A DNA stretch of 64,000 bases, from positions 1 through 64,000 of the forward strand of contig CAXXFV010000014.1 of the NCBI GenBank assembly GCA_963674595.2. The letters run 5' to 3'. The first letter of the stretch is position 1. Every line of letters begins with the position of its first letter. This DNA comes from a bacterium (GTDB taxonomy: Bacteria > Zhuqueibacterota > Zhuqueibacteria > Residuimicrobiales > Krinioviventaceae). The notes under the pieces were generated by a model. It was not told where the DNA came from and did no database searches. It was given only the letters and a program-made list of their open reading frames with translations. Positions 33,428 through 42,345 of the stretch are shown one piece after another. The translations under genes were made by a program, and so were the position numbers.

Positions 33428-35548
33428 TTAAATATTAGTTCCACCGTTTTTTAAGGCAATAAACATTTCAATTTCATAGTTTTGAATTTTTCCCGGCAAA
33501 ATATCCCGAATGGAACGAAATTTTAAAGTGCCTGTATAATTCAGTGCTGATTGCATTTGTTTAATGTGTTTCTGTGGTACAAACCTATCTATTTGTAAAT
33601 TACCTTGTCCTATGGCATGAGTAATATCTTTATAAATTTCTGACAATGGTAAATTTGTGTGCGTGGCAACGGCTTCCGGACTTTTTCCTTCCTGAACTAA
33701 TTCCAGAATTGTTTGATAATGGTCGCTCGCAACGGATGCCTTTTTAACAGAATTTTTATTTTGTATGGTCTTAAACACATCCATTCCGTCCGGTGTCAAT
33801 GCGATTACAGGAAAATCGTTCAAATAATCACGTTCCAATAGTCCCAAGGTCATCAGGTCATTAACGGTTTGCTCTATATCAGCCCTGCCGACATCACGCA
33901 AAAGGCCATAATATTCACTTTCATGGTGTCCTGATTTAGTTATAGCAAGGTCTTTTGAGCCGGTTAATACCTGTGCTATTTTTTTCACACCCAATCCACA
34001 CCAGTGATGAGCAACAAAATTTATAATTGCCTGTTCAATCCGGTCTGCCTGGTAATTTGACCTGCTGCTGGTTTTGCGGATTACCGTTTGCTTTTTTCTG
34101 TCACAATTATCACAACAGTTTTCAACCGGTGCATCCAAATCAGCACCAAAATACCCCAACAGCAATTTACGCCTGCACCGAAAACTACCGGCGTACTCTA
34201 TCATTTGTTTCAACTGTTTATACTTGTGGTCGGCATGAATCGTAATTGAACCGGCAACTTTTTTAACTTTATTCAAATCCAGCTTGAACATATTCAACCG
34301 AATATTATTAAAATCGCTGTCTATTATTTTAATAACACCGGCATTTTCCAAATGACGAATTCCCACACGACCTTTTACTTCATTCATATCCGGAGAATCT
34401 AAAGCAAGTGTTTCCAAATTTATAGCTGTAACGCCCTTTTCCGACTTTTTTAAAAAATAATTATACAGAAACAACAATTCCGTATAAGAGACACGGGAAT
34501 TTTCAATAAACCATTCCTGCAGATTATAATCGCTGGGGTCATAAAACAGAACACATTTAGCATCTTTACCATCACGACCGGCCCGACCTGTCTCCTGATA
34601 ATAAGCTTCAACAGAGCCGGGGATTTGGTAATGACAAACAAGCCTGATATCCGGTTTATCAACACCCATACCAAATGCATTGGTAGCAACGATAACCTGC
34701 AATTTTGATTTCATAAAATCATTTTGAATAGCTGAACGTTCTTCTGCGGACAAACCGGCGTGGTAAAATCCGGCTTTTATACCCAAAACAGCCGTTAAAA
34801 AATGAGTAATTTCTTCACACTTTTTTCGGGTGCCGGCATAAATCACAATACTGCCGTGGCAAGAAGTAACCTGTTCTTCTAAAAATTGAAATTTTTGCGC
34901 GTCGCCAAAAACTTTGATTACAGAAAACTTTAAATTCGGACGATTGAATCCTGTAACAAAAGACTTTGCACGTTCAATATCTAATCGCTCTAAAATATCT
35001 TTTTGCACCTGCCGTGTAGCTGTTGCGGTCAGGGCAACGACTGAAGGACTATCCAGCTCTTTAATAATTTCATGCAGCAGCATATAATCGGGACGAAAAT
35101 CATGTCCCCAATGCGAGATACAATGGGCCTCATCAACGGCAAAAATTTTTATATTCATTTTCTTTAAAAAAGGACGAAACGAAGCAACACGAAATCGTTC
35201 CGGGGCAATATATAAAATTTTGATTTCACCATTTAAAACCTGTTTCAACCGCAGGTTCTGCTGGTCCGATGAAATGGAACTGTTTATAAAAGTGGCGGGA
35301 ATGCCTTTTTTCTGCAAGTCGTCAACCTGGTCTTTCATCAATGCAATAAGTGGGCTGACGACCATCGTCAATCCCGAAGATAAAAGTGCCGGCAGTTGAT
35401 AACAAAGGGATTTACCGGAGCCTGTGGGCATAACAACAAGAGCGTTCTCCCCCTTGATAATATGGTCTATTATTTCCGACTGGCCGTCTCGAAAGGAAGT
35501 AAAACCGAAATACTGCTCCAGGGCCGGGATATATTGATTCTTTTTCAT
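33428..35548 (-). CDS. recQ: RecQ-family DNA helicase
   Basis: MPTGSGKSLCYQ, DEAHCISHWGHDFRP, QETGRAGRDG, CRR...CCDNC Zn site, RQC-like region; no clear HRDC domain. Confidence 0.93.
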   Translation of the reverse strand: MKKNQYIPALEQYFGFTSFRDGQSEIIDHIIKGENALVVMPTGSGKSLCYQLPALLSSGLTMVVSPLIALMKDQVDDLQKKGIPATFINSSISSDQQNLRLKQVLNGEIKILYIAPERFRVASFRPFLKKMNIKIFAVDEAHCISHWGHDFRPDYMLLHEIIKELDSPSVVALTATATRQVQKDILERLDIERAKSFVTGFNRPNLKFSVIKVFGDAQKFQFLEEQVTSCHGSIVIYAGTRKKCEEITHFLTAVLGIKAGFYHAGLSAEERSAIQNDFMKSKLQVIVATNAFGMGVDKPDIRLVCHYQIPGSVEAYYQETGRAGRDGKDAKCVLFYDPSDYNLQEWFIENSRVSYTELLFLYNYFLKKSEKGVTAINLETLALDSPDMNEVKGRVGIRHLENAGVIKIIDSDFNNIRLNMFKLDLNKVKKVAGSITIHADHKYKQLKQMIEYAGSFRCRRKLLLGYFGADLDAPVENCCDNCDRKKQTVIRKTSSRSNYQADRIEQAIINFVAHHWCGLGVKKIAQVLTGSKDLAITKSGHHESEYYGLLRDVGRADIEQTVNDLMTLGLLERDYLNDFPVIALTPDGMDVFKTIQNKNSVKKASVASDHYQTILELVQEGKSPEAVATHTNLPLSEIYKDITHAIGQGNLQIDRFVPQKHIKQMQSALNYTGTLKFRSIRDILPGKIQNYEIEMFIALKNGGTNI

Positions 35549-35607
35549 TTACTCTCAAATAACCTGAATTGGTGTTATAATTAAAAAGAAAAAATATATC
35601 CATCTTT

Positions 35608-38600
35608 TTAATTGATCACAAGCATTTTTCTGTTTTGAACATACTCTCCGGCTTTAATTCTGTAAAAATAGATACCACTAGGGACATATTGTCCCAAAAA
35701 TGAACGCCCGTCCCAAACAGCCTGATAATAGCCTGCCTGTTTTTTTTCGTTAATAATTGTTTTTACTTTTTGCCCCAATATATTATAAATACTAATGTCA
35801 ACATTTTGAGCAGCAGGTAGTTGATATTTAATGGTGGTTGAAAAACTTGCATTTGATTTCAGTGATAACGGATTTGGATAGTTTTGTGCCAATCCATATT
35901 TCTGAGGAATAATATCAGACAAATTACCATCAACACCGGAAGTTCCAACATTTAATTTAATCAATAATGTTTGAACGGGTTTTTGAGGATCATTACTTTC
36001 AAAAACTAAAAGGTTCTGATACCCTCCCAAACTTAACCAATATGTATCAAAATAAAGGCGCAGAACAGTTGAATCATTTTCACCAATTATACCGGAATAT
36101 GTATCGGATTCATACCATGACGCATTATATGGCGCATAGGTAATATAATACAACCCATCAGAAGGTGTAAATTCTATATATTCCCCATTTGGTGAAAAGG
36201 CCACTAAAAATTTCATTTTACTATCGACAGCAATTTGCGAATGGGTTACGACAGATTCAAAATGATAATTAGCCCTGGTAACAGATACTGGCGATGAATA
36301 GGGTAATACAGGTGTAAATGCTCCTATCCCTTCGTCTTCAAGCCAATACATAACCTGACTTGTTTCCCACGTTAGCCTAATAATTCGGTCAATACCCAAA
36401 TCACGAAAAGGCATTCCGGTTAGTGAATCACAATCCGCATCAATCCAAATATCATAATTCATGTGCTGATAAATAGCAGCATTAACATTAAACTCTTGCC
36501 AAAAAGAAATGGTAGTGGCGTCATGTCGCATTAATACATCACCCAAAAGTTTCTCATCTGAACTTTTTGGGACAGTATAAACTCTCCGCCAATTCATTAC
36601 ACTTGATTCATTACTAATTGGCTCAAAAGCACTTTCTTTTCCGTTATCTTTATTCTTAATGGCTCCATTTAAAGGATATTTGTTTTCAAAAGCTGTAAAA
36701 ACAAGTGACCCGGTGCCGTTATTTTTTAAAATGACAGAGTCGCGGCGTATCCCATTTTGCTGCATAGACACAACAATCGTGTCACATACAATGGACAATT
36801 GAGGTTTATATAAAATACATTCAAATGTCGTATCATTTTGAACAATAACATTTTCATAAATATGTTTAGCATAACCTTGTGCTTTGACGGTTATTTGATA
36901 GGGTTCTTTCGGTAAATGAAACACAAAAGAGCCATCCGCTTGCGTAAAAATTTTTCTTTCATTGTTCACAGCTAAATCGACAGGTAACTTTTCAACGATT
37001 AGCTGGGCACCTGGAATCATGTTAGAAGATCGGGAGTCTGTTACATTGATATTAACCAAACTGGTTTTTCTAACAACCAACGGTATATCAAAATCCCAGG
37101 TAAATCCATGCTGGTCTTTAAAAACAGCATGTAAAGACGCGTCATAATAATCCGGGCAATTATCTGCAATCCTGACAACAAAATTATCTTCTGCTTCTTT
37201 TTGCCCCTTTCCGGGAATCGTTCCCCACACTGCGGTAGAATCTATAACAGTTACATTTTCATCATCAGAATACAATATAGCAGAAACAACAGTTGCCGGA
37301 AATGAACTTGTATTTTTAATAACAGGACAAAATTCTATTAATTCACCAGGATTTACATAGCCATCATTATTACCAATTCCCGGGCCATCATTAATATTAA
37401 TGGGAAAAACAGAAATTTTCGGTCGTTGGTCCAATGCGGCTCCCCTAAACCAATCAAACACATCACCGATAAACTGACTTTTTGATTGCAGGGAAATAAT
37501 GTTTTCAATTCCAAAGACACAATAGACAAGTTTATATGTCCCGTCATCAACAGCTAACGCTGCCGTACCGGAAGACTGGACAATACCTTCTCCGTAGCGT
37601 GGTTTGTATAAAAGTATTGGAAAGGCAGGTTCTATCGGATCAATTTCAACCGGCCAACTATTATTTTCCTCCTCAAGGCTCAGAGTATCCAATGTTACAA
37701 CGCCATTTCCGGGAACGTTTTCAATATGAAAAATTCTTGCAGATTCATTAATAAATTCGGAATGTAAAACCTCAGTATAAAACGGTTTATCATACAAACG
37801 ATATCCGACAAGTGGACCGGACAATAAAAGCCGGCCACCATTTTTTAAAAATCGTTCCAAATTTACCTGGTCATCGTCTGTTAATGTCTCAACCGGTTCT
37901 TTGCCGGTGAACCAGACAACATTTTCATACCCTGAAAGTTTTGAATAAGGAACTGTACCGCTACGATTGACAAAAAATAAATCGACGGACAAACCTATTT
38001 CAGAAAAAGCATAAAGATATGGCCAATAATTCTGCGCATCACCATCATCAATAACCAGTAATGTCTTTGGTTGATTTATCAAAACACATACGAGAAAGTC
38101 ACCCAAAAAAGTGCCGTCCTCTTCATACAATTTTAAACCAAATTCCAAATGATGCGGAGGTGCGTTTTCATCAATTCTAACCTGAAAAGGAGATTGAGTA
38201 TTTCTAAAATCATTTATTATAGTACTTGAAAAAACACTTTCATTTTGCAGTATTTCAACATAAGGATCATTGCTTTCAAGTAATCCTTTCAATCCATTGA
38301 CATTCCGAAATCCTGTGTTTTTTAATAACAGGTAAAGATTACAGGTTTCACCCGCCTCGGGTATTTCATCATCATCACCGTTCGTTTCCTGCGTTGAAAA
38401 ACTGATATACTTCATGTCAGGTTGTCGGACCCGAATAATAAAACTGTTTACCCACGTTTGACCTTCAGAAGATTGTAACATTAAATAAAAATTAACAGGA
38501 TGGTTATTTGGGACATCAGACGAAATTGAAAAAACAAAATTATCAAAACCGAACGATTGTACATTAGAGACCAGGTCACCATATAAAGCACTTGAATCAA

Positions 38601-40107
38601 TAATTGTTATAAAGGGGTCACTGGTAACCAACTCAGCCCGGACATCTGGCGCAGTTGTATTACCAATATTTTCGACTTGTATTGCCAGTTCAACTGTCTC
38701 TCCGGGTTCCAGATAGTTATTACCATTACCCTTACTTGAACCCAGGTTATCATCATCAATAATTTCGGAAACATAGGAAACATAAGCATCGTTAATATCT
38801 GTCGGCGGCCCGGCGACTGTTGCAATTGTCGCAACACCGGCCTTGACGACATCCGAAAAAAAGTCCATGTTTATATTTCCTAAAACATCCTGAACACTAT
38901 GATAATAAGGAGAAAAATCAGTTTCAATAGCAAAAACCGTATGATAACCATGGGAATAAAACGGATAATGATCACTACCGCCTCCCACATAGGGATATTT
39001 CACAGGCTCAATATTCGTGTACTGTGATAACATATCAATAAACAGGTCTGCAAATCCATTAGATGTCTCATCTGCCTCAACATCTAACTGACAAACGGGA
39101 TTATTGCCGCCGCAGTTTCCAATCATGTCAAAATTCAGATAAAAGCCTATATTAAGCCCATTCTGCCAGGCCCTGCTGACCCAATTCTGGCTGCCGATCA
39201 ACCCCTGTTCTTCGGCTGCCCAGCAGGCAAACATTACAGTTGTTTCCAGGTCAATATCTCTCAATACCTTGGCTGTTTCCAAGGCAGCTATGGTGCCGGT
39301 GCCATTATCATCAACACCAGGCGCCAAAATCATTGGATTGCTGCCGTCACCTACAATTGAATCATAATGCCCGCCGATCATAATAATGCTGTCCGGATAA
39401 ACCGTCCCCCTTTTTATTGCTATAACATTTCGTTGAATTTTATGTAAAACAGGAACTGACAATGTGTCAAAATAAACTTCATAGCCCAAGTTCTCAAATT
39501 GTTCATATAACCATTGTCCGGCAGAATAAACAGAGTCTGAACCTGAATAGCGTGTTTTAAAAGCTTCCAGCCGTGACAAACCATTGTATAAACTTGTTTG
39601 CGAAACCCGATTTACGAGAAAAGAAACAACAGAGTTATCCAGAGTAGAATTAAAGGCTCCGGCTTTTATTTTAGCGGGCTCAACAAACGGCAACGACTGC
39701 TTTTGCAATTTGTATAAAGAGTAACCCTGGGCTTTTGATATGGATAATTGTTGATCTGTTTTAGCAAGTTGCAAGTCATCATCTTTATAAATAATATTAT
39801 CCGATTCAATTTCCTGAAAAACTTGGCCGTTCTTTGTCAATACATAATAGGATTGATCCCAGGCTTGTTCGTCAATAATGGTAAAATCATACCCGCGTTC
39901 GGTTAAACTATTCAGTTTTTGTTTTTCAATTGTCCCCAGCAGAAACAAAGGAGAACGATAATTTAAATCCAAAATATCAGCAAGATCGGCAAGTTGGTGA
40001 TGAGGGGAACGTTCGATTTTAACAAGACATGTATTTTGCGGCTCTCCGGCAAAAGCGGATAATACAATAAACAAGCCCAAATAAATTGAAAATAATTTTG
40101 TTCTCAT
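35608..40107 (-). CDS. Large secreted M28 peptidase with Ig-like repeats and a T9SS-like/FlgD-Ig C-terminal domain
   Basis: Signal peptide; GGHYDS, GVDDNGTG, AEEQGLIGS, NFDMIG, SDH, YH; C-terminal QNYPNP...IYNILGQ...WDG...SGIYFY. Confidence 0.88.
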   Translation of the reverse strand: MRTKLFSIYLGLFIVLSAFAGEPQNTCLVKIERSPHHQLADLADILDLNYRSPLFLLGTIEKQKLNSLTERGYDFTIIDEQAWDQSYYVLTKNGQVFQEIESDNIIYKDDDLQLAKTDQQLSISKAQGYSLYKLQKQSLPFVEPAKIKAGAFNSTLDNSVVSFLVNRVSQTSLYNGLSRLEAFKTRYSGSDSVYSAGQWLYEQFENLGYEVYFDTLSVPVLHKIQRNVIAIKRGTVYPDSIIMIGGHYDSIVGDGSNPMILAPGVDDNGTGTIAALETAKVLRDIDLETTVMFACWAAEEQGLIGSQNWVSRAWQNGLNIGFYLNFDMIGNCGGNNPVCQLDVEADETSNGFADLFIDMLSQYTNIEPVKYPYVGGGSDHYPFYSHGYHTVFAIETDFSPYYHSVQDVLGNINMDFFSDVVKAGVATIATVAGPPTDINDAYVSYVSEIIDDDNLGSSKGNGNNYLEPGETVELAIQVENIGNTTAPDVRAELVTSDPFITIIDSSALYGDLVSNVQSFGFDNFVFSISSDVPNNHPVNFYLMLQSSEGQTWVNSFIIRVRQPDMKYISFSTQETNGDDDEIPEAGETCNLYLLLKNTGFRNVNGLKGLLESNDPYVEILQNESVFSSTIINDFRNTQSPFQVRIDENAPPHHLEFGLKLYEEDGTFLGDFLVCVLINQPKTLLVIDDGDAQNYWPYLYAFSEIGLSVDLFFVNRSGTVPYSKLSGYENVVWFTGKEPVETLTDDDQVNLERFLKNGGRLLLSGPLVGYRLYDKPFYTEVLHSEFINESARIFHIENVPGNGVVTLDTLSLEEENNSWPVEIDPIEPAFPILLYKPRYGEGIVQSSGTAALAVDDGTYKLVYCVFGIENIISLQSKSQFIGDVFDWFRGAALDQRPKISVFPININDGPGIGNNDGYVNPGELIEFCPVIKNTSSFPATVVSAILYSDDENVTVIDSTAVWGTIPGKGQKEAEDNFVVRIADNCPDYYDASLHAVFKDQHGFTWDFDIPLVVRKTSLVNINVTDSRSSNMIPGAQLIVEKLPVDLAVNNERKIFTQADGSFVFHLPKEPYQITVKAQGYAKHIYENVIVQNDTTFECILYKPQLSIVCDTIVVSMQQNGIRRDSVILKNNGTGSLVFTAFENKYPLNGAIKNKDNGKESAFEPISNESSVMNWRRVYTVPKSSDEKLLGDVLMRHDATTISFWQEFNVNAAIYQHMNYDIWIDADCDSLTGMPFRDLGIDRIIRLTWETSQVMYWLEDEGIGAFTPVLPYSSPVSVTRANYHFESVVTHSQIAVDSKMKFLVAFSPNGEYIEFTPSDGLYYITYAPYNASWYESDTYSGIIGENDSTVLRLYFDTYWLSLGGYQNLLVFESNDPQKPVQTLLIKLNVGTSGVDGNLSDIIPQKYGLAQNYPNPLSLKSNASFSTTIKYQLPAAQNVDISIYNILGQKVKTIINEKKQAGYYQAVWDGRSFLGQYVPSGIYFYRIKAGEYVQNRKMLVIN

Positions 40108-40233
40108 GTTTTATTCCTTCCCAATAAAGCCTGTTAACAAAATACGAAATTTTTAAACCGAATCAACAGAAAATTATATCAAAAACTTGATTTTATAAAA
40201 TGGTTTGCTTAAAATAAAGCAAAAAGGAAAAAA

Positions 40234-40497
40234 ATGCTGGGATTTATCATTTTACTCATCATTGCTTCTATTTGCGGTTCAATAGGAGCGCGTATAGCCG
40301 GATACTCTTCCACAGGTTGCCTTACCAGTATCATATTGGGTTTTATTGGGGCATTAATCGGCACCTATTTAAGCAGAGAACTGGGCATTAAAGACTTTAT
40401 CTATTTTCATAACATTCCCATATTCTGGTCAATTATCGGCTCGGCAATTTTTATTGCGATAATCGGTTTTTTGAGCGGACATAAAAAACAAAAATAA
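40234..40497 (+). CDS. GlsB/YeaQ/YmgE transglycosylase-associated membrane protein
   Basis: Three TM segments, IILGFIGALIG, SIIGSA. Confidence 0.85.
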   Translation: MLGFIILLIIASICGSIGARIAGYSSTGCLTSIILGFIGALIGTYLSRELGIKDFIYFHNIPIFWSIIGSAIFIAIIGFLSGHKKQK

Positions 40498-41417
40498 TGA
40501 CTATGAACGAAAAGACTTTTTTCTACAAAAAATCTCTTACTGAACTCAATCGTGAAGAATTATTTAAAATAGTTGAAAACAGAAAAAGTGTGCGAAGATT
40601 CAGTAACACAAAAGTAAATCCTCAAATTTTAGATGACATTCTAAATACAGCATCTGAAATAACTCCGTTGCTTAATGATTCAGTCCGTTTCATTCTACTG
40701 GACAAAGATTTAATGAAACTATATGCCGGTCGTCTGTATAACACATTCATCTCTGCCCCGCATCATCTTGTTTGTATTGCTAAAACAGGAAACGATAATT
40801 TTTGTAACGCCGGATATATAAAAGAAGCGCTGGTATTAAAAGCAACTTTACATCAAATAGCAACCTGCTGGGTGGGTGGGTTTGTTGATGAAGATAAATT
40901 AGCCACGTACCTGCAAATCGGAAAAGACGAACGAGTTATCTCACTTTGTCCTCTTGGTTATCCGTCTGAACAATTTTGGAACGGTCAGGTCAACAAAGTC
41001 TTCAATAGTGTAAGCCATTCCAAAGATATTAAAAAACGCCTCCCCTTGAATAAAATTGTTTTTTATAAAAAACCAGGCCGGAATGTTGATGAATTTCTTG
41101 AAACAAATCCGGTTTTAAAAACAGCCTTTGATGCCGCCCGGCTGGCGCCGTCCTGGAGGAATAATCAACCCTGGCGATTTTTAATTCAGGATAAAACAAT
41201 CTGGGCTTACTTGGATGACGACCAAAATGGTGGTTCAGGAGAACGGGACGGAATCAATTATGCTTATGTTGACGTGGGAATTGCCATGTTTCACGTTTTT
41301 ATACTTTTACACTCGCAAAAGATCATGGGAAACTGGAGGTTATGTGATAACAGCGAAAAGCCCCAAAATATTTTTTCAGAAAAACAAAACCCGATAGCTT
41401 TATATAATTTTGCCTGA
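40497..41417 (+). CDS. Nitroreductase-family protein (two tandem domains)
   Basis: RKSVRRF, TCWVGG, ARLAPSWRNNQPWRF, VDVGIAMFH. Confidence 0.88.
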   Translation: MTMNEKTFFYKKSLTELNREELFKIVENRKSVRRFSNTKVNPQILDDILNTASEITPLLNDSVRFILLDKDLMKLYAGRLYNTFISAPHHLVCIAKTGNDNFCNAGYIKEALVLKATLHQIATCWVGGFVDEDKLATYLQIGKDERVISLCPLGYPSEQFWNGQVNKVFNSVSHSKDIKKRLPLNKIVFYKKPGRNVDEFLETNPVLKTAFDAARLAPSWRNNQPWRFLIQDKTIWAYLDDDQNGGSGERDGINYAYVDVGIAMFHVFILLHSQKIMGNWRLCDNSEKPQNIFSEKQNPIALYNFA

Positions 41418-41420
41418 AAT

Positions 41421-41455
41421 AAAAAAGGCCTGCTAAACCAAACAGGCCTTTCTTT
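41421..41455. terminator. Bidirectional terminator
   Basis: AAAAAAGGCCTG...CAGGCCTTTCTTT between convergent genes. Confidence 0.75.
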
Positions 41456-41475
41456 AGGATAGGAGAGGAACCTAA

Positions 41476-42102
41476 TTATGCAATAAGCTTTTTATATCTC
41501 TGGTTTATTCGTTCCCAGTTTAAATTATTAACAAAATTATCGATATAAACCGCACGCCCGGCACCGTCTTTGTGATAATAAGCGTGCTCAAAAACATCAC
41601 AAGTTATAAGAGGAATACCTCCCCAAATAGCTCCATAGTGATGTTCATCTACCAGAACATTAATCAACCGTTTTGAGTATAGTGCATCATAAACCAATAT
41701 TCCCCAACCGCTTAACTTGGCAGAAAAAGCAGTTGCCTTGAAATCTTCTTTCCAGTTTTCAAAAGAGCCAAACTCTTTTTCAATAGCTTCAAAAATTTCA
41801 GGACCTTTTTTAGGGTCGCCGTCTCCACCTAATACGTCCCAATAAACATCATGTAAAAGTGCACCGGAATGATTCCAGGTGAAACGTCGTTTTAACTCGC
41901 CAAACTCACTATAGTTACCATTTGCTTTACTTGAATCAGAATTTACCAAACTATTTTCAATTGTATTTAAAGCTGCGACATAACCTTTATGGTGTTTATT
42001 ATAATGCCAATCGGATGTTTCCGGGCTCATAACGTCTGACAAAACGGTTTTCGCTTCTTCATCACTATAGGGTCTCTTTCCAATTTTCCATTCGTAAGAC
42101 AT
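41476..42102 (-). CDS. sod: Fe/Mn superoxide dismutase
   Basis: HYNKHHKGYV, NHSGALLH, SGWG and DVFEHAYY ligand motifs; AGGAG RBS before MSYEW. Confidence 0.92.
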   Translation of the reverse strand: MSYEWKIGKRPYSDEEAKTVLSDVMSPETSDWHYNKHHKGYVAALNTIENSLVNSDSSKANGNYSEFGELKRRFTWNHSGALLHDVYWDVLGGDGDPKKGPEIFEAIEKEFGSFENWKEDFKATAFSAKLSGWGILVYDALYSKRLINVLVDEHHYGAIWGGIPLITCDVFEHAYYHKDGAGRAVYIDNFVNNLNWERINQRYKKLIA

Positions 42103-42345
42103 ATCTACTCCTGTAAAAACTATATTATTTGTAAATTTGATCATTGTAACATATTGTCATCAAGCATTATTCCCGGTGCAAAAAAATTTTTCTTTCTTGC
42201 AATTTATATGAGAAAATTGTAACGTTGCTTATAAAAATAATAATTTATTAAAGACAATATGGAACCAGAGAGATCATTCTACGTCTTATTTAATATCTAT
42301 TCCTTTCATCTTAAAAAAACGCCTATAAAAGGAAACAGATCAAAA

